A stretch of DNA of 64,000 nt from Arachnia sp. (GTDB taxonomy: Bacteria; Actinomycetota; Actinomycetes; Propionibacteriales; Propionibacteriaceae): NCBI GenBank assembly GCA_052089385.1, contig JBQCZU010000004.1:42269-106268 (forward strand), given 5' to 3'. The stretch's first letter is position 1. Each line of letters starts with the position of its first letter. Shown piece after piece: positions 1 to 9,995 of this stretch. The notes under the pieces were generated by a model that ran no database searches, was not told the DNA's origin, and saw nothing but the letters and a program-made list of their open reading frames with translations. Both the position numbers and the translations under genes were made by a program.

Positions 1-996
1 ACCGGCAATGTCCTCCTGGCGTCGCTCGTCGCCGTCCTCCCGTGCTTCGGCCATGTAGGTGGATTCACGCTCGTGGAGTGCTTCGCGCCACACAGTCAGG
101 GGCGAACTGCAGCATGCAAGGTCTTTCTCGAACTGATCCTGCTCACCCATGAGGAATTCACCCCGGGTCCTCCCGGAGCCGAGAATCTTGGAAATGGCCT
201 CGTCGGTGTGCCAGTAGTAGTAGAGGTACTCATTCGGAAGGGCGCCGATGGTACGGACCCAGTCCTTGCCGATGAGGCGGGCTTCCTCGATGCTGTCGAG
301 GGCGTCGTCGTCGGCCAGAACGCCGGGAAGTTTCTCCATGCCGTCGATGCGGACGGACCGGAGCCATCCCATGTGGTTGAGGCCGATGTAGTCGTAATCG
401 ACGCGGTTCTGATCGTTCTCCAAGGAGACCCCGAGCAGACGGGACACTCGACGCACAAGGCCGATGGGTGTGTCGCAGATGCCCACCACCCTGTCGCCCA
501 GCACCTGCCGCATGGCCTGGGTGACGATGCCCGCAGGATTGGTGAAGTTGATGGTCCAGGCATTTGGGGCCACCTCCGCAATGATTCTGGCAACCTCATG
601 CATCACAGGAATGGTCCGCAGGGCGTAGGCGAGTCCGCCGGGGCCAATCGTTTCCTGACCGAGCAGTCCCAGCTCGAGCGCCACTCGCTCGTCGAGCGCA
701 CGCCCTGCGGAACCGCCGACGCGGATGGCGGAGAAGATGAAGTCGGCGTCTGCGACTGCCTGGCGGACATCGGTGGTGGCGGTGATCCGGGGCGCCGTTC
801 CGGGCTCGGGGAGCTCTGCCGTGCGTTCGGCCAAGATCTTCTCCATGGTGTGAAGTCGCTCCGGTGACGAGTCCTGCAGGGCGATCTCGGTGATGTCAAT
901 ACTGGGACGGCCGGAGGCTGCGATGGCATTGGTGACCACGGCGTCGTGAATCAGCGGGACGCGAAAGCCCCCGCCTCCGAGAATGGTGAGTTTCAT
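1..996 (-). CDS. Glycoside hydrolase family 4 (6-phospho-beta-glucosidase / alpha-galactosidase-like), 3' end outside the window
   Basis: Reverse translation from 996 gives MKLTILGGGGFRVPLIHDAV... Further on it contains INFTNPAGIVTQA and VVGICDTPIG, the GH4 NAD/Mn signature regions. It is absent from the ORF track because it runs off the left edge. The ATG overlaps the DeoR stop (ATGA). Confidence 0.85.
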   Translation of the reverse strand, partial: MKLTILGGGGFRVPLIHDAVVTNAIAASGRPSIDITEIALQDSSPERLHTMEKILAERTAELPEPGTAPRITATTDVRQAVADADFIFSAIRVGGSAGRALDERVALELGLLGQETIGPGGLAYALRTIPVMHEVARIIAEVAPNAWTINFTNPAGIVTQAMRQVLGDRVVGICDTPIGLVRRVSRLLGVSLENDQNRVDYDYIGLNHMGWLRSVRIDGMEKLPGVLADDDALDSIEEARLIGKDWVRTIGALPNEYLYYYWHTDEAISKILGSGRTRGEFLMGEQDQFEKDLACCSSPLTVWREALHERESTYMAEAREDGDERRQEDIAG

Positions 997-1763
997 GGTG
1001 CCAGTACCTCCAGGCGAGATTCGGGGGGGAGAACAAGTTGGGTGGGCGCGAGGGCCTCGTCGGAGATCAGCCCTGTGAAGAGGTGCAGTGGAGCGATCTC
1101 GATGAAACCCGAACCGGGAAACTTCTGATGATCGGCCAACAGCCAGGATCGCGACGAGATCTCCAACATGGCCCGTTTGATGGGCACTTCGCTCGGCGTG
1201 GAGTCCAGAACGGAGCCGTCAGCCCTGATACCGGCGGCGCCGAGGAAAGCCACGTCCACCCGCACCTGTCGGAAGCAAGACTCCGTGAGGATCCCCACCA
1301 TTGATTCGTAGTTGGAGCGCAGCACACCGCCCATCACCACGAGGTCGATGGACGGCGCATTGCAGAGGATGCGCACCACGGCGAGGGAAGCGGTGACGAC
1401 GGTGATGCGCCGGGAGCGCAGGTACTCGCACATGGCGAACACCGTGGTGCCGATATCGAGGGCCACCACGTCGCCGTCCTCAATCTGGTCCACTGCCAAA
1501 CGAGCGATGGCGTGCTTCTCCACCGATGCCTGACCCGCGACGACCGAAAAAGAACTCGCGTCAGCCTCCGGGCGCACAGCCGCCCTTTGGCGGCAGGCTC
1601 CACCGCGCACACGTTCAATCAGACCGCGGCGGGCAAGTTCGTCCAGATCCCGGCGCACCGTTGCTTCTGAGACGTCCATGGATTCCACGAGGTCGGTCAC
1701 AGACATCGAGCCACGAATGTTGACAAGTTCCGCCACCCGCCGCTGTCGAACCTCAGTGATCAC
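993..1763 (-). CDS. DeoR-family transcriptional regulator (HTH plus DeoR C-terminal sensor domain)
   Basis: N-terminus MITEVRQRRVAELVNIRGSMSVTDLVESMDVSEATVRRDLDELARRGLIERVRGGA is a typical DeoR HTH. Size is 256 aa. It lies divergent from a sugar ABC operon. Confidence 0.9.
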   Translation of the reverse strand: MITEVRQRRVAELVNIRGSMSVTDLVESMDVSEATVRRDLDELARRGLIERVRGGACRQRAAVRPEADASSFSVVAGQASVEKHAIARLAVDQIEDGDVVALDIGTTVFAMCEYLRSRRITVVTASLAVVRILCNAPSIDLVVMGGVLRSNYESMVGILTESCFRQVRVDVAFLGAAGIRADGSVLDSTPSEVPIKRAMLEISSRSWLLADHQKFPGSGFIEIAPLHLFTGLISDEALAPTQLVLPPESRLEVLAP

Positions 1764-1873
1764 GTCGCCAAACTAGCAGCCCTTTGATCAGTTCCAACCA
1801 GTTCACGTCATTGACGGCCAAATGCTCTCAGCTTCTGGCATCCTCAATATTGTTCGTCTATGGAGGAGGACCA

Positions 1874-3253
1874 ATGCAGTTTCATCCCATCACGCGCCGC
1901 TCCCTACTCGCAGGCTCTGCAGGGCTGGGCGTCGCCGCCGTGCTCACTGCCTGCGCTCCCGGCTCGGATCCCGAGGCGGAGCCGGGAACTGGAGCCGCCG
2001 ACACACCCGCTGAAGAGATCATCACAGATCCCTCCTCGCTGGGAGAGATAGAGCTGGTGGTCTGGGACCAGGAAGTGCGTGGCAGTCAGAACGACTCACT
2101 CGTGGCCCTGAATGCCGCCTTCATGGACCAGTACCCCAACATCACCATCAATCGCACCAGTCAGGCCTTCGACGACCTGAAGAACCAGGTGGCACTGGCG
2201 CTGTCAGGCAACGAGGTGCCCGATGTCGTGCAGGTCAACAATGCGCGCGCCGACATGGGCCAATTCGTCAGGGCCGGTCAACTCCTGGACTTGACTCCCT
2301 ACTCGAAGGCCTACGGCTGGGAGGACCGGTTCTCCCCGTCGGTACTCAGCAAGGTTCGATACTCCAACGACGCCGCCACCTTCGGAGAGGGCAATCTCTA
2401 CGGCCTCCCACAGACCGGTGAAATCGTCGGCATCTTCTACTCCACCCAGAAACTGGAAACCCTCGGAGCCGTGCCTCCCGCCACGTGGCAGGACTACTTC
2501 ACGTTGCTCGACGACGCCATGGCCGCCGGTGAGCAGCCGATGGCCCTGGGCAATATTGAGCAGTGGCCGGCGCTGCACGTGTTCGGCCCGATGCAGGCGC
2601 ACTTCGTTGATTCCGAGGACGTCGTCAAACTTGGCATGGGCAATGCCGGCGCCAGTTGGACCGATGAGGGCAACACGATGGCCATGGAGAAGTTTGGCCA
2701 GTGGGGTTCGGAGAACTACTTCGGTCCGTCCCCCAACGGTTTGGACTATGACCCGGCATGGACGGATTTCACGACAGGCACAGGAGTGTTCCTGCCCGCG
2801 GGTTCGTGGCTGGGCACCGATATGGAGGCCGTCATGGGCGACGACCTGCACTTCATGGCGCCGCCGCCCGGCAAGGATGGAAAACTCGCGACCACCGGGG
2901 GTACCGGCATTCCGTTCTCCATTCCGGCGAATGCCGCCAATGCCGCTGCGGCCGCCGCCTACATTGACTTCATCACCACCGAGGACGCGATGCAGATCAT
3001 TGCCGACAACGGCGGTATGCCCGTTCTGCGCACACGGGAACTGGCGCCCGCCAGCGGTGTGCAGAAAGAGATCTACGAGGCATTCGACGAGGTCTCCAAC
3101 AACGGCACGTTGCTGCCCTACCTTGACTACGCCACACCGTCGTTCTCCGACACTGCGGGACAGGGCCTGCAGGAGGTTCTCGGCCAACAGAAGACCCCGG
3201 CGGAAGTACTGCAGGCCTTCGAGGACGATTACGTGGAATTCCTAGATGCCTGA
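1874..3253 (+). CDS. ABC transporter extracellular sugar-binding lipoprotein
   Basis: ATG at 1874 is preceded by GGAGGAGGA. The signal MQFHPITRRSLLAGSAGLGVAAVLTAC has a twin-Arg-like motif plus a lipobox Cys. Size and composition fit family 1 solute-binding proteins. Two permease genes follow. Confidence 0.85.
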   Translation: MQFHPITRRSLLAGSAGLGVAAVLTACAPGSDPEAEPGTGAADTPAEEIITDPSSLGEIELVVWDQEVRGSQNDSLVALNAAFMDQYPNITINRTSQAFDDLKNQVALALSGNEVPDVVQVNNARADMGQFVRAGQLLDLTPYSKAYGWEDRFSPSVLSKVRYSNDAATFGEGNLYGLPQTGEIVGIFYSTQKLETLGAVPPATWQDYFTLLDDAMAAGEQPMALGNIEQWPALHVFGPMQAHFVDSEDVVKLGMGNAGASWTDEGNTMAMEKFGQWGSENYFGPSPNGLDYDPAWTDFTTGTGVFLPAGSWLGTDMEAVMGDDLHFMAPPPGKDGKLATTGGTGIPFSIPANAANAAAAAAYIDFITTEDAMQIIADNGGMPVLRTRELAPASGVQKEIYEAFDEVSNNGTLLPYLDYATPSFSDTAGQGLQEVLGQQKTPAEVLQAFEDDYVEFLDA

Positions 3254-4163
3254 ACGGGGGAGGAGAAGGGGCGGGGGGCGGCCGTCAGCCGTCGTGCGGC
3301 ATCCCGGCGCGCCCTACCTCTATCTCCTCCCCGCCTTCCTGGTCTATGCCGGATTCATGCTGTTCCCCCTCATCAGGGCCGCGCAGTTCTCGCTCTTCGA
3401 CTGGCCGGGCTTCGGACCGGCCACGTTCGTTGGCCTCGGAAACTATGTGGACCTGCTGAGCGACGATCGGTTCAAGGCCTCGATCCTCCACTCCTTGATC
3501 CTCATCTTCTTCTACTCGATTCTCCCGCTCGTCATAGGCCTCATCCTGGCCGCAGTGTTGCGCCGGGGCCGAGTCAAGGGCCTCGGATTCTTCAGGGTCG
3601 CCATCTTCATGCCCCAGGTCATCGCGCTGGTCGTGGTTGCCGTCGCGTGGCGCGAGATCTACTCGCCCAGCGGCTCCCTGAACGATCTCCTGGAAACCAT
3701 CGGCCTGGGTGGCCTTGCCCGGGGCTGGTTGGGTGACCCGAACCTGGCACTGGTGGCCGTGGGAATCATTGGCTTCTGGCTGGGGACCGGCCTGGTGATG
3801 TTGTTGCTGCTGGCGGGAATGGGCCGCATCTCCGATCAACTCTATGAAGCAGCCAGGCTCGACGGTGCCGGCCCGGTGCGCGAGTTCTTCGCCATCACAC
3901 TTCCCAGCGTCAAGGGCGAGATCACGACCGCGCTGGTACTGACGATCATCGCGGCGCTGAAGACCTTTGATCTGGTGTATCTGACCACATCGGGTGGGCC
4001 GGGAACTGCCACCACCGTCCCCAGCTATGAGGTCTACAACCGTGCCTTCAACCTCAAAGAGGTTGGCTCTGCCTCGGCTGTTGCCATCGTGCTCACCGTC
4101 ATGGTGTTCTCCATCAACGTGGCGATCTCCCGTATCGGCGAAGAGAAGAGGCTGCCGCGATGA
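3246..4163 (+). CDS. ABC sugar transporter permease (MalF/UgpA-type)
   Basis: Six-TM profile. An EAA-like loop is present (YEAARLDGAGPVREFFAITLP). The start overlaps the upstream stop. Confidence 0.9.
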   Translation: MPERGRRRGGGRPSAVVRHPGAPYLYLLPAFLVYAGFMLFPLIRAAQFSLFDWPGFGPATFVGLGNYVDLLSDDRFKASILHSLILIFFYSILPLVIGLILAAVLRRGRVKGLGFFRVAIFMPQVIALVVVAVAWREIYSPSGSLNDLLETIGLGGLARGWLGDPNLALVAVGIIGFWLGTGLVMLLLLAGMGRISDQLYEAARLDGAGPVREFFAITLPSVKGEITTALVLTIIAALKTFDLVYLTTSGGPGTATTVPSYEVYNRAFNLKEVGSASAVAIVLTVMVFSINVAISRIGEEKRLPR

Positions 4164-4969
4164 GGGTCTCAGGCCCGGAGCAGGCCCTCAACTACATCAT
4201 CCTCGGATTGTTCGCGTTGTTTGCCCTCACCCCCATCGCCACCATTGCCCTCACCGCGCTCGGACCACAGATTGGCGCCCAAAGTGGCGGCCTGCAGTTC
4301 GGCAACATCGTCGATGCCTGGAACATTGGCCAGTTCGGACCGGCTCTTGGCCGGTCACTTCTCGTGGCAGCGTTGGTGGTGAGCTCTGCCCTGACGCTGT
4401 CCCTTCTGGCTGGCTACGCCTTTGGGACAATGCGATTCCGCGGTTCCACGGCGCTGTTCTACGTGTTCCTGCTGGGGCTCATGGTCCCCGCCGAGGCAAT
4501 CGTGATACCGCTCTTCTTCGACCTACGAACCCTCGGTCTGATTGACACAATCTGGGCGGTGTCGCTGCCGCAGATCGCACAATCGGTGGCGTTCGGCACC
4601 TTCTGGATGCGTGCACAGTTCAGGGCTTTGCCACCCAACCTCGTCGAAGCGGCAGCCCTGGATGGCACCACGGGACTGCAAACGCTGTGGCGGATCATGA
4701 TCCCGCCGTCGCTGCCCTCCATTGCCACTGTGACCGTCCTGATGTTCATGTGGACGTGGAACGAGTTCCTGATTCCGTTGGTGATGTCCCCCGGCGCAAC
4801 ATGGCGCACCGCTCCGCTGGGCCTCGCCGTTTTCAAAGGCCAATACACTGCCGACAGCGCACTCATCGCGGCTGCAGGCGTGATCATTGCGACTCCCATC
4901 GTCGTGGTGTTCCTCCTGCTGCAGCGCTACTTCATCAACGGAATGCTCGAAGGGGCGGCCAAGGAATGA
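4160..4969 (+). CDS. ABC sugar transporter permease (MalG/UgpE-type)
   Basis: EAA loop VEAAALDGTTGLQTLWRIMIP. ATGA overlap with the upstream permease. Confidence 0.9.
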   Translation: MRVSGPEQALNYIILGLFALFALTPIATIALTALGPQIGAQSGGLQFGNIVDAWNIGQFGPALGRSLLVAALVVSSALTLSLLAGYAFGTMRFRGSTALFYVFLLGLMVPAEAIVIPLFFDLRTLGLIDTIWAVSLPQIAQSVAFGTFWMRAQFRALPPNLVEAAALDGTTGLQTLWRIMIPPSLPSIATVTVLMFMWTWNEFLIPLVMSPGATWRTAPLGLAVFKGQYTADSALIAAAGVIIATPIVVVFLLLQRYFINGMLEGAAKE

Positions 4970-6105
4970 TCGACCACGACGAGGACCACGTTCGCGACCA
5001 TGCCGAGGAACACTGCCCACGGTGCTGGAAATGGGATCCATTGGAGGCCTTGCGACGCCCCGAGGATCCGGCACTCGATGTCATGACCACCGGGATGGTC
5101 TTCTTCGACATCATCTTCACCGGCTTGCCCCGACTTCCCCGCCCGGGGGAGGAATTGTGGAGCTCGGGCATGGGTTCCTGTCCGGGGGGCATTGCCAACC
5201 TGGCGACGGCGTCCGCCCGCCTGGGCATGCGCACGGGACTCATCGCAGGGTTTGGGGACGATGCCTACGGCACATGGATGCGTGCCACTCTTGCCGGGCA
5301 GGAGCACATCGATCTATCAGCGTCGCGCGTCTTTCCGGACTTCCACTCCGCCACCACCGTTTCGCTGGCCTTTTCCGGAGACCGGGGCATGGTCAGTCAT
5401 GGTCATCCACTGCCCGAAGCGGTTGTGGCCGATGTGTCGCTGATTCCGCACTCCAGGGCTGCCGTCGTCGATCTGACGGGGGACACCTCCTGGCTTGACG
5501 AGCTGGCCCGTCGAGGAACCATGGTGTTCGCCGACGTCGGCTTTGATGAGACGGAGCGCTGGGACGTCGCGGATCTGGCGGGTCTCGATCGGTGCCATGC
5601 GTTCACCCCCAATGCCGTGGAGGCCATGGGATACACGCGCACCTCCACGCCCGTGCGTGCTCTGCACAAATTGGCGGAGCTGGTGCCACTGGCCGTGGTC
5701 ACTGACGGCGCGGAAGGTAGCCACGCCATCGATCAGAGCACCAACGAGGTGGTCTCGTGTCCGGCACTGCGCGTGGATGCCATTGATCCGACGGGAGCTG
5801 GTGATGTCTTTGCGGCCTCCTGCCTGTTGGGAACCCTCGCGGGGTGGCCGCTCGAACAGCGGTTGATGTTGGCGTCCCTGAGCTCGTCGCTGGCTGTGCG
5901 GCAGTTCGGCGGTTCGCTGGCAGCACCGGGCTGGGGTGACCTCTCGGACTGGTGGCGCTGCCTGAAATCCCTGGCAGAGGAGGGTCAACCGCAGGCCCAG
6001 GCTCTGCGTCATCGCTACGGGTTCATGGACGACATAGTGCCTCGGCACCCGGTGCTGGGTGTTCGTCGAGCGCAGGGCACCTTCGCGATGGCCTCTGACG
6101 CCTGA
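4966..6105 (+). CDS. PfkB-family carbohydrate kinase
   Basis: DPTGAGDVFAAS anion-hole/ATP motif near the C-terminus, and N-terminal GxGG-type sugar-binding region (SCPGGIANLA). The start is uncertain: ATG 4966 (ATGA coupling to the permease) or ATG 5083 (MTTGMVFFDI). Confidence 0.8.
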   Translation: MIDHDEDHVRDHAEEHCPRCWKWDPLEALRRPEDPALDVMTTGMVFFDIIFTGLPRLPRPGEELWSSGMGSCPGGIANLATASARLGMRTGLIAGFGDDAYGTWMRATLAGQEHIDLSASRVFPDFHSATTVSLAFSGDRGMVSHGHPLPEAVVADVSLIPHSRAAVVDLTGDTSWLDELARRGTMVFADVGFDETERWDVADLAGLDRCHAFTPNAVEAMGYTRTSTPVRALHKLAELVPLAVVTDGAEGSHAIDQSTNEVVSCPALRVDAIDPTGAGDVFAASCLLGTLAGWPLEQRLMLASLSSSLAVRQFGGSLAAPGWGDLSDWWRCLKSLAEEGQPQAQALRHRYGFMDDIVPRHPVLGVRRAQGTFAMASDA

Positions 6106-6140
6106 AAGGGCGTGGAACACGAGGCCGGACGGCTGCAGAC

Positions 6141-7652
6141 TCAGCGCACCTGGACGGTGCGCACGTGGTAACCGGTGGGGCCGTCGGGGACGACATCCTG
6201 GATGGCGTCGGTCTGCACCTCGCCCGCTTGGTCGGTGGCCCTCGCGGTGATCTGGTGGGTGCCGCTGTCCGCGGTCCAGGGCAGCTGCCACTGGCGCCAG
6301 TAGTCGTCGCCGACTTCCTCGCCCAGCGTCGCCTGCTGCCACGGTCCGTCGTCTACGCGGACCTCCACCTTGCTGATGCCGCGATGCGTCGCCCAAGCGA
6401 CACCCGCAATGACGGAGTCGCCGGGATCCACCTGGTTGCCGGGGACGTCGATGCGGGTGGCGGTCTTCACCGGGCCCGTCTCGCCCCACCCCCGGTTCGT
6501 CCAGTAGGCCTGCGCCTCATCGAACGTGGTCAACGTCAGCTTTTCCAGCCATTTGGTGGCGCCGACGTAGCCGTAGAGGCCGGGCGTCAGGAGGCGTGCC
6601 GGGAAGCCGTGCACCCGTGTCAGCGGTTCACCATCCATGGCGACGGCGATCATCGCGTCGCGACCATCGAGCATCACCTCCAGCGGTGTGGAGGCGGTGA
6701 ATCCGTCTGCCCCGGTGCTCAATACCTGCTCCACACGGGCTTCGGGGTCCGCTTTGCGGATGATGTCGGCGACAAGGACGCCCTGCCAGCGGGTGCTGCC
6801 CACGTACTGACCTCCGATGGGATTGCTGACGCAGGTGAGGGTGACGTCACGCTCCACCATCGGCATGGCGAGGAGTTCGTCGAAAGTGATCGTGTAGGGA
6901 TTGCGTGCCATGCCGTCGATGACCAGTTCCCAGTCCTCGGCCTCGCGGCGGGGGACGCTGACGGCGATGTCGATGCGGTAGAAGTCCGCGATGGGGGTCC
7001 GCAGGGGGGTGAGTCCGTCGATCTGCGACTCCAAACCGGGCGGCAGGCTGGACGTCGACTGCGGCGCAGGGAGGTCGATGGGCGGCCGGCCAACGGTCGC
7101 CGGGCGGATGAAGCCCTCGACGGCTGCAAGCCCCAGACCTCCCGCCGCAACGCCGGCGCCACCGATCATGAAGAGGCGACGGTTGGGCTCGTCGTTCACG
7201 GCATGGGAGGACTGATCGATCGTGGCGAGACGTCCGATGCCCCAGCGCAGCACGGAGACTGCAACGAGTGCGGCCACCATGCCAGCGATGATGCTGGTGG
7301 GGGAGGAGCTTGGGCGAAGCGAGGCGATGATGCCCGAGCCCACGCCCAGCGCGCCCAGCAGGAGTCCCCCAGCCCACCCCGTGCGACGCTGAGCCACACC
7401 TGCCAACCAGCCGAGGGCTGCCACGGCAAGGGCGATCACCACGAGCAGGAAGGCCTTGTCGGCAGTGCCGAACACAGAAATGGCCCATTCCTTCACGGGG
7501 GCAGGTGTGATGTCAATGACTGCACCCCCCACGGCATCCATGGGGGAGGAGGAGGGTCCGGTGAAGATGGACGTGATCTGTCCTGCGAGAACCCCGATGA
7601 GGGCCGCAGCCAATCCCCAGATCCCGGCTGTGCTCCGCGTCGCGAGTGCCAT
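6141..7652 (-). CDS. Molybdopterin-dependent oxidoreductase (sulfite-oxidase fold) with N-terminal multi-TM domain
   Basis: The N-terminal ~200 aa is hydrophobic. It is followed by LTCVSNPIGGQYVGSTRWQGVLV and a C-terminal Ig-like dimerisation region typical of the SUOX/YedY family. The start is probably M28 of the tracked ORF. Confidence 0.75.
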   Translation of the reverse strand: MALATRSTAGIWGLAAALIGVLAGQITSIFTGPSSSPMDAVGGAVIDITPAPVKEWAISVFGTADKAFLLVVIALAVAALGWLAGVAQRRTGWAGGLLLGALGVGSGIIASLRPSSSPTSIIAGMVAALVAVSVLRWGIGRLATIDQSSHAVNDEPNRRLFMIGGAGVAAGGLGLAAVEGFIRPATVGRPPIDLPAPQSTSSLPPGLESQIDGLTPLRTPIADFYRIDIAVSVPRREAEDWELVIDGMARNPYTITFDELLAMPMVERDVTLTCVSNPIGGQYVGSTRWQGVLVADIIRKADPEARVEQVLSTGADGFTASTPLEVMLDGRDAMIAVAMDGEPLTRVHGFPARLLTPGLYGYVGATKWLEKLTLTTFDEAQAYWTNRGWGETGPVKTATRIDVPGNQVDPGDSVIAGVAWATHRGISKVEVRVDDGPWQQATLGEEVGDDYWRQWQLPWTADSGTHQITARATDQAGEVQTDAIQDVVPDGPTGYHVRTVQVR

Positions 7653-7742
7653 GCAAGGAACTTTAGGTGCGATAGTCAAACCCCCCTTAACAGCGCGGAG
7701 CAACGTCGCTGTCTTTCGCAAGGGCAACCCCACCTTATTTCC

Positions 7743-7761
7743 ACAGGTTAGGCTGTGCTAA
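7743..7761. promoter_or_regulatory. Candidate IdeR/DtxR iron box upstream of feoA
   Basis: ACAGGTTAGGCTGTGCTAA matches the 19-bp IdeR consensus TWAGGTWAGSCTWACCTWA at 14 of 19 positions, with a perfect left core. It ends 10 nt before the feoA ATG. Confidence 0.4.
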
Positions 7762-7770
7762 CTTCTCAAC

Positions 7771-8055
7771 ATGACACATGCGGGACACATGGGACAGCGA
7801 CAGTGTGCAGCGGCTGGTGGCGAGACCAGGACCTGCAGCCTGGCGGAACTCGGCTGCGCATGTCCGGCGAAAATCGTTGGCTTCACGAGCGACGACCAGA
7901 TCTCCAAGCGACTGTTTGACCTCGGGTTCGCGCCCGGCCAGTTGGCCGCCCTCATCCGCAAGGCCCCCATGCGTGACCCTCTCGTGTTCAATATTGGCGG
8001 AGCGCAGATCGTTTTGCGCAAGCGTGAAGCCAGCAGAATCCTGGTGGAGCAGTAG
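7771..8055 (+). CDS. feoA: FeoA-family ferrous iron transport protein
   Basis: 94 aa. The segment IVGFTSDDQISKRLFDLGFAPGQLAALIRKAPMRDPLVFNIGGAQIVLRKREA is an FeoA SH3-like domain. It lies directly upstream of feoB. Confidence 0.85.
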   Translation: MTHAGHMGQRQCAAAGGETRTCSLAELGCACPAKIVGFTSDDQISKRLFDLGFAPGQLAALIRKAPMRDPLVFNIGGAQIVLRKREASRILVEQ

Positions 8056-9995
8056 TGAGCCGCCACGCCGAGCCACCCACCAAGGCTGGTGCGGCGACGC
8101 AACGGTTCGCGTTGGTGGGAAGTCCCAACGCCGGAAAAACCACCCTGTTCAACTCTTTGACTGGTTTGCGTGCCAAAACGGGGAACTATCCCGGTGTCAC
8201 CGTCTCCCGCTATGAGGGTGCCCACGCGGTGGAGGATGGCCGCGAGGTCACCATTGAAGACCTCCCCGGCACCTATTCCCTGGACCCCATCAGTCCGGAC
8301 GAGCAGGTGGTGGCCGGTGTACTCGAAGCGGGCGCCAGCGGCGACGAACCAGTCGATGGTTTGGTCGTTCTTCTTGACGCCACCAATCTTCGGCGCTCCC
8401 TGGGGCTCCTCGCGCAGGTGCAGCAACTTCACCACCCCGTCGTCGTCGTTCTCACCTTTACGGATGAGCTGATGCGACGAGGAGGGTCCCTGAACATCGA
8501 TGCGCTGTCCCGCGCGGTGGGGGTCAAGGTCATCCCGGTTGTCGCAGGTGACAGACGTGGGGTTGCAAGCCTTTCCACTGCCCTGGGCGAGGTCAGGTCC
8601 TGGCCACGGCCCATGGTGGCCCCGCCGTCGGATTCCAGCGGGGTGGCCGACTGGGCGACGTCGGTGCTCGACAGCGCATCCTTCCGGGCGCCCGGCTCGG
8701 ACAAGCGAACCAGTCGCATCGACGGAGTCCTCCTGCACCCGGTGTGGGGGACACTGATTTTTTTCGCCACGATGATGGCGTTCTTTCAGGTGATCTTCAC
8801 CGTCGCGGCGCCCATGCAGGATGGCATCGAGACCTTCTTCGGGTGGTTGGGCGGCATCGCACGGGCCAATATCCCCATTGCCTGGTTGTCGAGCCTGGTT
8901 GCCGACGCGTTGCTCGCGGGCGTGGGTGGGGTGCTGGTATTCCTGCCGCAGATCGCCCTGCTGTTCCTGTTGATCTCCCTGCTGGAGGGCAGCGGTTACC
9001 TGGCGCGGGCAGCTTTCCTGATGGACAGGGTGATGGGCTGGGCAGGTCTGGAAGGACGGGCTTTCGTCGCACTCCTGAGTTCCATGGCCTGCGCCATCCC
9101 GGGGATCATGGCCACCCGGACGCTGCCCTCGGCCAAGGACCGGATCGCCACCATGATGGGCGCGCCACTGATGACGTGTTCTGCGCGACTGCCCGTCTAC
9201 GTGCTGCTCATCGGCATGCTCGTCCCCGCCGACCTGCGTCTGGGGCCGATCGGCGCCCAGGGCGCCGTCATGTTTGGTCTCTACCTACTGGGTGCCGTCT
9301 CGGCAATGCTGTCAGCGTGGTTCTTCAAGAAAGTGGTGGGACGCTCCGGCATCGGGTTGCCGTTCTACATGGAGATGCCCTCGTACAGGCTGCCCCGCCC
9401 GCGCACCGTCGTGGTGTCGGTGTGGGATGCCGCCAAGTCCTTTTTGAAAAAAGTGACGAGCATCATCATGGTCACCACCATCGTCTTGTGGGGGCTCCTG
9501 AATTTCCCGCTTCGTTCCGACGCTGATCTGGCGGGGGCTGGCATCGACGTTCGCGACGACGTCGCGGTGCAGTCCTACGTCATCGACAATTCCCTGGCCG
9601 CAGACATCGGCCGCGCAGTGTCGCCTGTTTTTGAACCACTGGGCTTCGACTGGCGCATCAACGTCGGCGTGCTGTCCTCCCTGGCGGCGCGCGAAGTGTT
9701 CGTCTCCACTCTCGGTCAGGTGGCGGCTGCACAGGATCCCGAGGATCCGGTCGCGGCCCTGACGAGCATGACGCACACCGACGGCCCGGATGTCGGTCAG
9801 CCCGTCTTCACACCCTCGACGGTGGCAGCGCTGCTGGTCTTCTTCGTCTACGCACTTCAGTGCATGTCCACCCTGGGCGTCATGCGCAGGGAGACCGGCA
9901 CCTGGAAGTGGCCGGTCATTGCGTTTGTGTACATGGGCGGCCTGGCCTGGGTGATGGCATGGTTCGCCAAGCTGGCGGTGGGGGCGATCCTATGA
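8055..9995 (+). CDS. feoB: Ferrous iron transporter FeoB (G-domain plus permease)
   Basis: GSPNAGKTTLFN (G1) and DLPGTYS (G3), then a large polytopic membrane domain. The GTG start overlaps the feoA TAG. Confidence 0.95.
   Translation: MSRHAEPPTKAGAATQRFALVGSPNAGKTTLFNSLTGLRAKTGNYPGVTVSRYEGAHAVEDGREVTIEDLPGTYSLDPISPDEQVVAGVLEAGASGDEPVDGLVVLLDATNLRRSLGLLAQVQQLHHPVVVVLTFTDELMRRGGSLNIDALSRAVGVKVIPVVAGDRRGVASLSTALGEVRSWPRPMVAPPSDSSGVADWATSVLDSASFRAPGSDKRTSRIDGVLLHPVWGTLIFFATMMAFFQVIFTVAAPMQDGIETFFGWLGGIARANIPIAWLSSLVADALLAGVGGVLVFLPQIALLFLLISLLEGSGYLARAAFLMDRVMGWAGLEGRAFVALLSSMACAIPGIMATRTLPSAKDRIATMMGAPLMTCSARLPVYVLLIGMLVPADLRLGPIGAQGAVMFGLYLLGAVSAMLSAWFFKKVVGRSGIGLPFYMEMPSYRLPRPRTVVVSVWDAAKSFLKKVTSIIMVTTIVLWGLLNFPLRSDADLAGAGIDVRDDVAVQSYVIDNSLAADIGRAVSPVFEPLGFDWRINVGVLSSLAAREVFVSTLGQVAAAQDPEDPVAALTSMTHTDGPDVGQPVFTPSTVAALLVFFVYALQCMSTLGVMRRETGTWKWPVIAFVYMGGLAWVMAWFAKLAVGAIL

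Noticed and set aside
73-867. Long ORFs antisense to well-supported genes. Examples are 73-867(+), 6165-7751(+), 15576-16940(-), 31937-33169(-), 37032-38033(-), 55121-56800(-) and 46204-47166(+).
   Set aside because: These are typical shadow ORFs of high-GC DNA. Their translations are Arg/Pro/Gly-rich with no motifs. The opposite strand in each case encodes a protein with clear family signatures.
3256-3282. G-rich tract (GGGGGAGGAGAAGGGGCGGGGGGCGG) as a G-quadruplex element.
   Set aside because: It encodes the Arg/Gly-rich cytoplasmic N-terminus of the permease, and there are only three clear G3+ runs. This is weak and compositional.
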